DNA of 61,064 nucleotides from Vampirovibrionaceae bacterium NZW_1234 (GTDB lineage Bacteria > Cyanobacteriota > Vampirovibrionia > Vampirovibrionales > JAGQHJ01), in NCBI GenBank assembly GCA_041697335.1, contig JBGUGD010000017.1, forward strand, positions 1 to 61,064, in the 5' to 3' direction. The notes below the pieces were generated by a model. The model ran no database searches. It was not told the DNA's origin and saw only the letters and a list, made by a program, of their open reading frames with translations. Shown here piece after piece: positions 50,636-59,889 of this stretch. Positions within the stretch are counted from its first letter, which is position 1; every line of letters starts with the position of its first letter. Both the position numbers and the translations under genes were made by a program.

Positions 50636-52171
50636 ATGGTCACAGTGCGTTCCGATGCGGCGATTATGATGCATCGCCAAGCTCATTTCCAATCCTCTAT
50701 GCCGGTTGCGGCGATGAAAAAGCCTGCCCTGACGAAACTGTCCGCGGCCAGTCAGGTTCGCTTCGCCTCGGGCCTGCCGCCCAAGACCGATTATGACGTG
50801 GCCATTGTCGGCGGTGGCTTGTCCGCCATGACGGCGGCCTATCAGCTTCGCAAGCGGGGCTATAATGTGGCTGTCATCGAAGCCGGAAAAGAGCTGGGAG
50901 GGAATGCCCGTTCCGCTGTGACCGAGGATGGGATGCCCTATACCATCGGCGCCAGTGTGTTGGCCGTTGGAGATGATCGCCAGCTGGAAATGCTGAAGGA
51001 AGTCGGGATTGATTTCGCCAATCCCAAGTACAAGATTCACCGGGACATCTCTTATGTGGACAACAAGTGGCTGTCCGTCGATCTGGACAAGCCCAACGCC
51101 ACTCGTCGGGAGCGCAAGTTTGCCGAGGCTGTGGATAAGGTCGTTCAGACCATGTTCAACATCCTGGGGGGCCCCAGTGGGACGCCGTCCTTCCCCCTGC
51201 GCAAAGCGGCGGATGATATCTTTAAGTGGAGCCGTCGCAATTTCAGCTTCCATGACTTTCTGGTGAAAACCGGCTGCCCGCCCGAAGTGCGCAAGTTCTT
51301 TGAAGTGAACTTCCGTTCCGATGTCTCCGAAGATCCGCGTAAGGTCGATGCTCTGGCCGGGATTATCGATCAGGGTGCCGATCAGGGTGTTCGGATTCTG
51401 CTGCCCAACGGCAACCACACCATCATTTTGCGGATGAAAGAAGCCATGGACAAAATGACGGGTCAGGGCAACGTGGACTTTCTGACGGATTCGCCGGTGA
51501 AGAAAGTGGAAGAAGGACCCCAGTTTGCCACTGTGCGCTATGTCCGAGACGGTGAAGAAAAAACCGTGACGGCGAAAAACGTGCTCCTTGCCCTGCCCTC
51601 GCATCGCATGCCCGAGGTCATGGACCTGCCTGCCAAAACCGCCAAGTTCCTCAAGAGCATCAAGCGGGGCTCCTACGCCATGCTGAACCTGTTCCTGAAC
51701 GAAGCGCCCTTGCAGTCCAATACCTATTACAAGTTCCCGCATGCCACCTGGGTTGCCGACATCGTCCAGAACAACCGGGATCACAACCCGGATCTGCCGC
51801 CCGGCTCCAAAGAAAAATCCATTTTGACCTGCTACATCCCCATTCCTCGGGATCTGCGCAAAGCCACGCCGCCGGAGCATCTCCTGACCGAGAAAGTCAT
51901 TGATGAAATCATGGTCGCCATGCCTTTCTTGAAAGGCAAAATCAAAGGCACCCGGATGACTTTCTACCCCGAATCCATGTCGGCACCTTCGCCGGGGCAA
52001 ATGAAAAAGCTGCGTGATTTTGATCGCCAGCTGACCCCGCACGTCCGGACCATTCACTCTGACCTGAGCGGCGTGTTTGCAGCCCGTGGCGCCATGGATG
52101 AAGCGCTGACCGCCGTGGAAGTGTTGGATGAAAAACGCAAGACCGAATCCTCGGGATCGGTTGTGGCATAA
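50636..52171 (+). CDS. FAD-dependent oxidoreductase (flavin amine oxidase family) with leader ending QVRFA
   Basis: DVAIVGGGLS..TAAY.L...G..V.V.EA...LGG; GAGGAG RBS. Confidence 0.88.
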   Translation: MVTVRSDAAIMMHRQAHFQSSMPVAAMKKPALTKLSAASQVRFASGLPPKTDYDVAIVGGGLSAMTAAYQLRKRGYNVAVIEAGKELGGNARSAVTEDGMPYTIGASVLAVGDDRQLEMLKEVGIDFANPKYKIHRDISYVDNKWLSVDLDKPNATRRERKFAEAVDKVVQTMFNILGGPSGTPSFPLRKAADDIFKWSRRNFSFHDFLVKTGCPPEVRKFFEVNFRSDVSEDPRKVDALAGIIDQGADQGVRILLPNGNHTIILRMKEAMDKMTGQGNVDFLTDSPVKKVEEGPQFATVRYVRDGEEKTVTAKNVLLALPSHRMPEVMDLPAKTAKFLKSIKRGSYAMLNLFLNEAPLQSNTYYKFPHATWVADIVQNNRDHNPDLPPGSKEKSILTCYIPIPRDLRKATPPEHLLTEKVIDEIMVAMPFLKGKIKGTRMTFYPESMSAPSPGQMKKLRDFDRQLTPHVRTIHSDLSGVFAARGAMDEALTAVEVLDEKRKTESSGSVVA

Positions 52172-52237
52172 TGGCATGATGGGGGAAACCCTGGTCATTC
52201 CAAGACAGTGTAGCGAATGCAGAAAGAGGTATTGTTG

Positions 52238-53596
52238 ATGTCACCGGAGTTGCTGACACAGGATGCGGCCTTGTTGCCGGAAATAAAAACCCCGTTGCCG
52301 GGGCCCAAGACTAAGGCGTTGATTGAAAAAGACGCTGAGTTTGTGACCCCGTCCTACCCGCGTCCGTATCCATTATCTGTTGCCGAGGCCAAGGGGTCGG
52401 TGGTGACGGACTTGGATGGCAATCGCTTTCTGGATTTGAATGCCGGTATTGCCGTCTGCTCGACCGGGCATGCCCATCCCGAGGTTGTCGAGGTCATGCA
52501 CCAGCAGGCCCAGAAGTTTATTCACATGGCCGGGATGGAATTCTATTACGACGTCATGGCGGATCTGGCCGAGCGTCTGGCCAAATCTGCCCCGGGTAAA
52601 ACCCCAAAGAAGGTGTTCTTCTGCAACTCCGGCACCGAAGCCGTGGAAGGGGCCATGAAGCTCGCCCGCTACTATACCGGTCGCCAGAAGTTTATCTCGT
52701 TTTTCCGCGGGTTTCACGGCAGAACCTTTGGCTCGATGTCGTTGACGGCCAGCAAGTCTCAGCAGCAAGCTGGTTTTTCACCGCTGGTGCCGGGTGTGTA
52801 TCACGCGCATTATCCCTATGCGTATCGCTGTGCCTTTAATACCACATCGCCCGAAGCCTGTGCCCAGGCGGCGCTGGATTACATCGAGGACACCCTCTTT
52901 AAAACCGTCGTGCCTCCCAACGAAGTGGCCGCCTTTATTCTGGAGCCCATTCAAGGGGAAGGCGGCTATGTGGTTCCGCCGGAAGGCTTTCTGAAACAGT
53001 TGCAGGATCTGGCCGAGAAATACGAAATCCTGATCATTGCCGATGAGGTCCAGAGCGGTATTGGTCGCACCGGCAAGTTGTGGGCCTCGGAGCACACCCC
53101 CGGGTTTGAGCCCGATATTATCACCAGTGCCAAGGGGCTGGCCTCCGGCATGCCCTTGGGCGCCATTATTGCCAAGAACTACATTATGAGCTGGGAGCCC
53201 GGCGCCCATGCCACCACCTTCGGCGGCAATCCCGTAAACTGCGCGGCAGCGCTAAAGACCCTGGATTTGGTCGAAAACGGCTTGATGCAAAACGCCGAAC
53301 GCCAAGGCAAGCGTTTGATGGACAAGCTCCATGGCTTGATGGCTGAGTGCAACGTGATTGGCGAAGTTCGCGGCAAAGGTCTGATGATTGGCGTGGAGTT
53401 TGTCCTGGATAAACAGACCAAGGAAAAGGCCGTTGCCCTTCGCAATAAAATTGTCCAGGACTGCTTCGAGCAAGGGCTGTTGCTTTTGGGTTGCGGCGAA
53501 AATAGCATTCGCTTCAGTCCCCCCCTGGTCATCACCGACGAGCAAATCGACTATGCCTTTGAGGTGTTTCGCAGCGTCGTCTTGAAGAACCAGTAG
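52238..53596 (+). CDS. class-III PLP aminotransferase (GABA/putrescine/acetylornithine aminotransferase family)
   Basis: NSGTEAVE, FHGRT, EPIQGEGG, DEVQSG.GRTG, AKG, TFGGNP. Confidence 0.95.
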   Translation: MSPELLTQDAALLPEIKTPLPGPKTKALIEKDAEFVTPSYPRPYPLSVAEAKGSVVTDLDGNRFLDLNAGIAVCSTGHAHPEVVEVMHQQAQKFIHMAGMEFYYDVMADLAERLAKSAPGKTPKKVFFCNSGTEAVEGAMKLARYYTGRQKFISFFRGFHGRTFGSMSLTASKSQQQAGFSPLVPGVYHAHYPYAYRCAFNTTSPEACAQAALDYIEDTLFKTVVPPNEVAAFILEPIQGEGGYVVPPEGFLKQLQDLAEKYEILIIADEVQSGIGRTGKLWASEHTPGFEPDIITSAKGLASGMPLGAIIAKNYIMSWEPGAHATTFGGNPVNCAAALKTLDLVENGLMQNAERQGKRLMDKLHGLMAECNVIGEVRGKGLMIGVEFVLDKQTKEKAVALRNKIVQDCFEQGLLLLGCGENSIRFSPPLVITDEQIDYAFEVFRSVVLKNQ

Positions 53597-53613
53597 ACTT
53601 CCGAATTTTAATT

Positions 53614-53657
53614 CTGAAGAACCGTTTCATGGATTTCCTATGAAACGGTTTTTTCAG
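53614..53657 (+). terminator. intrinsic terminator
   Basis: GAACCGTTTCAT / ATGAAACGGTTT stem with T-run. Confidence 0.8.
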
Positions 53658-53768
53658 ATCGGGTGTATCAAAATTTATAGATTTGTCTATAAATATGAGT
53701 TTTGATTCTATGTCTGTGGTAATTTAGTGCCATACCGTTTTTATCGCTTTTGGTGTGATGAGGAGAAA

Positions 53769-54398
53769 ATGATGATTGGCTCACTACGTTTTGGACAGGT
53801 GTATCGGTTGGAAGCCCGTGCTGAAGATGGGCTTTTAGATACGAAAAAGCCAGCTGACCAATTGCAAAAGGATAAGTATTTTCTGGAACAACAATCGGCG
53901 CGTGATTTGGCCGATCTCTTTATCAAAAATGGGATTCCTGCCAAGGTTGTTCACATGGGCGGGATGAATGGAAATGGGACTGAAGATACGTATCTGGCCG
54001 ATGTTGTTCAGGGGTCTGAAAATGGCGGGATTTCAGCTGCCCAAGATTCGCAGTTTTTTGTATTAACAGGTTCTGACTTGGAAGAGGACAATCGGTGGCG
54101 GAGTTCCATTGCTCAAAAAGGACTCAATTTTGCCAAAGATAAACCTGCAGATCACTCGAATAGGCATGACCTTAGTACGGCCTTTTCCCTGGATGCACTT
54201 TTAGTGGAGATTCGACGTTGGCGGGCCAGTTTGTTGCCGATGCTGAAATTGAAAGCGATCCCTGTGCATCCCATGCCCGGTCAGGAAAAATTCTCCTTCC
54301 ATCAACCTGATTATAGCGAGTTGGCAAAACTTCCAAATGCCGTGGCCTATACAGGACCTGAACGCAAATATTTTCCGCAGTCCAAACTTGCCGAGTAA
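53769..54398 (+). CDS. hypothetical protein, tandem paralog A (leader LRFG)
   Basis: GAGGAG RBS; aligns by eye with 54538..55134. Confidence 0.8.
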   Translation: MMIGSLRFGQVYRLEARAEDGLLDTKKPADQLQKDKYFLEQQSARDLADLFIKNGIPAKVVHMGGMNGNGTEDTYLADVVQGSENGGISAAQDSQFFVLTGSDLEEDNRWRSSIAQKGLNFAKDKPADHSNRHDLSTAFSLDALLVEIRRWRASLLPMLKLKAIPVHPMPGQEKFSFHQPDYSELAKLPNAVAYTGPERKYFPQSKLAE

Positions 54399-54537
54399 AT
54401 TAAAAAATCACGTCTGTTTATACTCTATCTGTCTGCTGACTAAGATGCCTGCAGGTGTCTCTGAATGAGGTTTTGTTTTTGGTAAGCTGATAGGTGATGG
54501 ATTTCGCCATTGTTGGGGATGCTTGTAGGGGAGTGCT

Positions 54538-55134
54538 ATGGTTCAGGCAATTGGAACGATGAAACCGATTCGGTTTGGGCAGATTTATCGGGCAGTGCTT
54601 AGACGCGACGCCACGACCGCTCGCAGCCCATTACCGCCCTATTTGAAAGAGCCCTATGTTGTTGAGAAAAAGGCGTCCGAGCTTTTGGCCGATGCCTTTC
54701 AGAAGCAGGGCATACCTGCGAAAGCGGTTCATATGAGCGGGATGGAAGAGACCAATGAGGCTTATTTTACGGAGTTGTTCACCGGCTCCGACTGGAATCA
54801 CATGCCGGCACGATCGTCCTCGCAGTTTTTTGTCTTGACCGGGCCGGAGCTGGTGCGCGATCAAACGGCGCGCGCTGACTTAATCTTGAAAGCCCAGCTT
54901 TTGGCTGAGGATAATACCACGGATACCTTGGGCAAATGTCATGAATACAGCACTTCACTGGCGCTGAATCGCTTGATGGGTGCTATTCGGCGCTGGCGAT
55001 CCGGGTTGCTGGCCGATCTGAAAACCAGGGCGATTCCCGTGTATGTTACCCCCGATCCCAAAGACGGGTTTACGTATCATCCGGCGGACTATTCCGAACT
55101 TCAAAAGTTGGCCAATGCGACACCTTTGGTGTAA
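54538..55134 (+). CDS. hypothetical protein, tandem paralog B (leader IRFG)
   Basis: Shared blocks GIPAK.VHM.GM, SQFFVLTG, IRRWR, AIPV, DYSEL.KL.NA. Confidence 0.8.
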   Translation: MVQAIGTMKPIRFGQIYRAVLRRDATTARSPLPPYLKEPYVVEKKASELLADAFQKQGIPAKAVHMSGMEETNEAYFTELFTGSDWNHMPARSSSQFFVLTGPELVRDQTARADLILKAQLLAEDNTTDTLGKCHEYSTSLALNRLMGAIRRWRSGLLADLKTRAIPVYVTPDPKDGFTYHPADYSELQKLANATPLV

Positions 55135-55173
55135 CGGAGTGTGTGGCCATATTGATGATCACTATCGGCTGAT

Positions 55174-56748
55174 TTAGCTCGACATGACAAAGTCGTGGTC
55201 GATATCGGCGCGGGCTTTGTCCAGCCAGGGTGCAGACTGGGAGCGGGTGTCCATCTTCTTGATGAGCTGCTTGACAGCGGTTTTGACGCCAAACATGGCT
55301 TCGTCCACGGCCGTCAGGATCGATGGAATTGCACCGCCATCGCTGTTAATCAGGGTCACATTGCCAAAGGTGCGGGGCATTTCCCGAAGTTTTTTGACCT
55401 GGCCCGGTTTGGGGGAGGCCATGGAATACTTGAATTGCGAGATGTTGACGCCGTCAATCATCTCCGGCTGAATTTCGGGAAAGTGGGTCAGAATGTCTTT
55501 GACGACTTCTTTTTCAAAGGCTTTTAAATTTTTGCGGCGTCCGGTGTGGGGGATGTAAATGGACATCACCGAGGGCTTTTCCGGATCGGCCTTGTGGTTG
55601 GCTTCCGCCTCGTCGGTGTGGACGTACAGATCGGCAATCAGTTTGGACTCCGGCAACATATAGAACTGACGGGTTTTTAGCGGTGTTTTGTTCAAATACA
55701 GATTGACGATGGAATACGAGCTTCGCGGCAGGGACGTCATAAGTGACGCCACTTTGTCCGGCAGCTTCATCAATCGGGGCACCTGATTATAAGGGGCGGC
55801 CATAAGTACGGTATCTGCAGAAATAACGTGAAGCGAACCGTCTCGGCCCCGATATTTGAGATAGACCTTGTCCTTGTCCTGTTCCACCTGCTCGACGGTT
55901 TTGGACAACTGTAAAACCGGCTCTGCCGAGCCAGCGGCTCGGTTGATTTCCTCTTTCAACCGCGTAACGACATCGGCGTTGCCTCGGGGGAAGACATAGC
56001 GATCGTGAAGGAGATCGCCCAAGTCGTTCATGGCCACATAGCTTGAGGACGCGTCACTGGGGGCTGCTAAATCCGACTGCAGGTATTTGTCCGCCATCGT
56101 ATAGACCATGGGCCCATAGGGTTGCGAGAGTTCGGAAAAGGGTTTTTTATCCCATAAGCCAAAAGCATGCGGCTTGGCATTCTGGATGGGAATGACCGGT
56201 GAGCTTTTCTTGCGGGCAAAAATACGGCCGATTTTTTTCAACAAGCGAAGGAAATCACGGGCTGCACGTTGGCCTTCTTCCGTTTGGGGTTTAAACTCGG
56301 CCAGATCCTCTTTGGTCCCAAAGGCCGTAAACCGCTCCCCATTTTTGTAGACAAAGATTTCCGGCTTCAGCAGGTATTCCCGGCGCAGGTCCAATCCCAG
56401 CTCTTTCCAGAGGATCCGATGGTTCTCGTTGCCCGGGAGAAAAATAGTGGCCCCTGCTGAATGAGGAATACCTGAGGGAGATTCGCCTTGATTGCAGTTG
56501 CCGCCCAGTCGCTTCCCCGCTTCCAGTAAGACGGCCGGAATGCCTCGGCGTTTGACCAGATCGTACATGGCCACCAGACCCGCATTGCCACCGCCGACAA
56601 CAACGGCAGGATAGTGTTTTTCAACCCGTTTCTCCAACGGATGGGCTGCAAATAAGACTTGCCCTGAAAACGGCTTGCGCCGATACTGCCACTCATTCCC
56701 TTTGGGATTTGCCTTCGTTGCGAAGGCAATCTGACGTGTGATTTCCAC
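55174..56748 (-). CDS. FAD-dependent oxidoreductase, paralog of 50636..52171
   Basis: VVVGGGNAG, LEAGKRLGGN; shared SY...NL.LN..PL and SM..P.PGQ.KKLR; GTG 56748 with AAGGGG upstream. Confidence 0.88.
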   Translation of the reverse strand: MEITRQIAFATKANPKGNEWQYRRKPFSGQVLFAAHPLEKRVEKHYPAVVVGGGNAGLVAMYDLVKRRGIPAVLLEAGKRLGGNCNQGESPSGIPHSAGATIFLPGNENHRILWKELGLDLRREYLLKPEIFVYKNGERFTAFGTKEDLAEFKPQTEEGQRAARDFLRLLKKIGRIFARKKSSPVIPIQNAKPHAFGLWDKKPFSELSQPYGPMVYTMADKYLQSDLAAPSDASSSYVAMNDLGDLLHDRYVFPRGNADVVTRLKEEINRAAGSAEPVLQLSKTVEQVEQDKDKVYLKYRGRDGSLHVISADTVLMAAPYNQVPRLMKLPDKVASLMTSLPRSSYSIVNLYLNKTPLKTRQFYMLPESKLIADLYVHTDEAEANHKADPEKPSVMSIYIPHTGRRKNLKAFEKEVVKDILTHFPEIQPEMIDGVNISQFKYSMASPKPGQVKKLREMPRTFGNVTLINSDGGAIPSILTAVDEAMFGVKTAVKQLIKKMDTRSQSAPWLDKARADIDHDFVMSS

Positions 56749-56987
56749 GTGAGGCCCCTTTTTCCTTAATCGTTCTCCGTTGGTTTTCTCAGTGGGTGTC
56801 AATATGAAAGACACTTTTCAAAAACGTCTACAAGTGTACCAGAAACGAGAAGGACAGAGGGGGGTTGTAACGATGCATTAAGCTGGATTGGTCAAACCTT
56901 CAAGCAGGCTGCTTTGTCACTTGGTGTCTGAGTAGGGATGCTGATAAAATGAGAGGGCTTAAATTTTAGGAAAGGGACGATATTCTC

Positions 56988-58547
56988 ATGACCTCTGCAC
57001 TTCAGCCTACAGATTCCTCATCTGCGGTGTCAGAAAGAACCATTTCGGCGTTGACGACGGCAACACTGCCGGATTTGCAGTTGACCCTGCCCGTGACGGA
57101 CGCCTCTGTCGTGCTGCCGAACATCTTGGATGGGGCTCCGTGGTTTTTTGAATCCCCGGACTGTCAGAAGGTTATGAGCCCGGCAACCGGTGAATTACTG
57201 GGACAGGTTTCTGTTTTGTCGGCAGGGGCCGTTTCGGATATCGCCAGAACAGCATTGTCAGGATTTAAGCAGTTTCGTCAGGTGCCACGGTTACAGCGTG
57301 CCGTGATTCTGGACAACCTGGCCTTGTTGCTTGAAGCGCATCAGGAGTCCTTGAAGCGCTTGATTGCCCTTGAGGTGGGAAAACCGTTGAAATATGCCGC
57401 CATTGAGGTTCAACGGTCCATACGTTTAGCACAGCGTTATGCCGAACGGACACGCTACCTGGGGTATGAAGAGCGCGGAGAGCCGCGAGAATTGGATGAA
57501 GGGGTTGAGGTTTATGAGACCTTGCGGCCTTTGGGGCCTGTGCTGGCCTATACGCCGTTTAACTTTCCCTTGAATCTGGTGATGCATAAGCTTGCTCCGG
57601 CCATTGGGGCCGGGTGCTCTTTTGTTCTGAAACCAACTCCGAGAGCCCCTTTAACAGCTTATTATCTCACTCGCTTGGCCATAGCGGCCGGGTATGATGT
57701 TATTAGTTTGGTCAATCTGGATAATGATGCAGCCGCGCACCTGGTAGCGCGGCCGGAGTTCAAAGTCTTTTCCTTTACCGGGGGTGCCGTTGGCTGGGAT
57801 CTGGCTCGCAGGGCTCCTGTTGACACGGTTAAAATCTTGGAGCTCGGCAGTAATGCTGCGCTGATTATTGAAGATCTTTCTCCCGGCATGTCTGTTGATT
57901 CGGTGGCGAAGAAAGTTGCTGCCAGTGCCTTTGGTTTTGCCGGACAAAGTTGTATTTCCACGCAGCGGGTTTATGTGAACGAGGCTCTGTACCCGGATTT
58001 CGTTGATGCGATGGCTCGCGCCATTGCTAACTTAAAGCAAGGGGATGTCTTGGATTCGGGAACGGATTTGGGACCCATGATCTGTCCCGAGGCATCGGCC
58101 AGAACCCTCGCCAAGGTTGAAGCGGCCCTTCAACAGGGAGCTACTCTGGTTGGGTTGGAACCGTCTGCTCTTAAAACATCGGAAGGCTGGCTTAAGCCGG
58201 TGGTGCTGACCAATACCAAGCCATCCATGGCGGTCAATGCTGATGAGTTGTTTGCACCGGTTGTGACGGTGACACCTTACACGTCATTTGAGACGGCTCT
58301 TGGGCTGGCGAATCAAACGGCACTGGGGCTTCAATTTGGCATCTTTACGCAATCCCTGGCCAAGGCGGCCCAAGCCCAAGACGTCTTACTTGTGCGGGGG
58401 CTGAATATTAATGAAGTACCCTCCACCCGCGATGACAGGCTGCCTTATGGCGGTGTCGGCGAGTCCGGTATGGGGGTCGAAGGGGTCGAGACCGGGATTG
58501 AGTCCTATTCGGAAAGGGTTTACCGGGTTCACTATAAAAACGTCTAG
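56988..58547 (+). CDS. aldehyde dehydrogenase (TPFNFP subtype)
   Basis: TPFNFPLNL, FTG, LELG, GQSCIS, ELFAPV, PYGG..ESG. Confidence 0.92.
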   Translation: MTSALQPTDSSSAVSERTISALTTATLPDLQLTLPVTDASVVLPNILDGAPWFFESPDCQKVMSPATGELLGQVSVLSAGAVSDIARTALSGFKQFRQVPRLQRAVILDNLALLLEAHQESLKRLIALEVGKPLKYAAIEVQRSIRLAQRYAERTRYLGYEERGEPRELDEGVEVYETLRPLGPVLAYTPFNFPLNLVMHKLAPAIGAGCSFVLKPTPRAPLTAYYLTRLAIAAGYDVISLVNLDNDAAAHLVARPEFKVFSFTGGAVGWDLARRAPVDTVKILELGSNAALIIEDLSPGMSVDSVAKKVAASAFGFAGQSCISTQRVYVNEALYPDFVDAMARAIANLKQGDVLDSGTDLGPMICPEASARTLAKVEAALQQGATLVGLEPSALKTSEGWLKPVVLTNTKPSMAVNADELFAPVVTVTPYTSFETALGLANQTALGLQFGIFTQSLAKAAQAQDVLLVRGLNINEVPSTRDDRLPYGGVGESGMGVEGVETGIESYSERVYRVHYKNV

Positions 58548-58670
58548 AATCCTCTTACGGCCAATCGGATCGTTTCTTGACTCTGGTTTGGGCACTAAGT
58601 ATAGTTGGGTTAGACTGCGCATCTTTTTTCGCAACCCCTTCAATTCCCTCAAACCTTAACCTATTTCACA

Positions 58671-59675
58671 ATGACTTTACTTCTCGATCAGCCGATTTTT
58701 ATTGGTGGTACCGGGCGTTCCGGCACCAGTATTATGGCGCTGATTTTAAATGCGCATCCGGAAATCTTTTCCACCGCCTATGAATTGAAGTTGATTGTCC
58801 AACCTCCGGGTTTGTTGTGGTTGGCAGATTCGTTGACGACCCGATGGGGGATCTCTGAAGGTCATTTGGCTATTCGGGATTTTATGACCCTTCAACGACG
58901 CTTGCGGCAACAGGGCTTTGTCGATAAACCGCTGCAAGGATTGTCAAAAATTGTGCGATCCAAGCGGGATAAATTTTGGCGTCGACTCTTTCCGAATCGG
59001 CTTTACTCGCATCATGGCGTTGCGCATCGCTTTGGTGAAGCGCATTACGATGCCTGTGCCCAGTGGCTGATTGACCAGCTGGTGTTTTATACCGATTACG
59101 AGCATCCCTTGAGCCGAGACATTGCGCGTAGTCCCTACTATATTACCCATCGCTTCGACCGCTCAGAGTTGCTTGATATTTTTCGTGTGTACCTGAGCAA
59201 GCTCTATAGCAAACCTATGATCAAGCGAGGGAAACGCCGTTGGTGTGATGATACACCTCGCAATTTTATGCATGCCGACTTTCTCTATGAACTCTACCCC
59301 AAGATGAAATTGATTCATATGGTACGCGATCCCCGGGATGTGATGGCTTCGTACCAATCCTTAGGATGGGCCAGTTCCGAGATAACTGCCAATGTCCACA
59401 TTATGAAAACCTATTTTGAGCGTTGGAATGAGCTTCGCACTCTGTTGCCCGATGATACCTATTTGGAGGTACGTCTGGAAGACCTGGTCAACGATACCCA
59501 CGCGACCTTGGAACGGGTGTGTGCCTTTCTGGACATTGAACTGCATCCGAAAATGCTTGGGTTTGATTTGAGTCACAGCCATTCCGGTCGCTATCGGAAA
59601 GACCTCTCTGCGGAGTTGATTCGAGGGCTGGAAACCGGGCTAAGGGATTGGATGACAGAAAAAGCCTACTTCTAG
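58671..59675 (+). CDS. sulfotransferase family protein
   Basis: PAPS-binding IFIGGTGRSGTS and HMVRDPRDV..S, R.EDLV. Confidence 0.88.
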   Translation: MTLLLDQPIFIGGTGRSGTSIMALILNAHPEIFSTAYELKLIVQPPGLLWLADSLTTRWGISEGHLAIRDFMTLQRRLRQQGFVDKPLQGLSKIVRSKRDKFWRRLFPNRLYSHHGVAHRFGEAHYDACAQWLIDQLVFYTDYEHPLSRDIARSPYYITHRFDRSELLDIFRVYLSKLYSKPMIKRGKRRWCDDTPRNFMHADFLYELYPKMKLIHMVRDPRDVMASYQSLGWASSEITANVHIMKTYFERWNELRTLLPDDTYLEVRLEDLVNDTHATLERVCAFLDIELHPKMLGFDLSHSHSGRYRKDLSAELIRGLETGLRDWMTEKAYF

Positions 59676-59800
59676 TTCCTTGAACGACAGCTCTGTATCT
59701 TTGCATTTATTTCTATTCCCAAGTCAGGATTTAAAGAGGCTCGACAGCAGCCTGAAGAAAAAATTTGCTTGCAGGATCAGGGCGACTGCGTTATTTAAAT

Positions 59801-59824
59801 ATTTACGTTAGTACTTACATAAAT
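59801..59824. promoter_or_regulatory. putative MarR operator
   Basis: ATTTACGTTAGTACTTACATAAAT, 24-bp near-palindrome (20 of 24 positions symmetric) upstream of the MarR-GNAT gene. Confidence 0.6.
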
Positions 59825-59889
59825 TCTTTCGGAAGTTCTGAACGACATGACGTTCTGACTCGAAACGATATTGATGGAGACTTTTCGCA

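Noticed and set aside
48904..52198. Long antisense ORFs of 519 and 552 aa
   Set aside because: Shadows of the GC3-biased ALDH and oxidase genes on the opposite strand; no motifs
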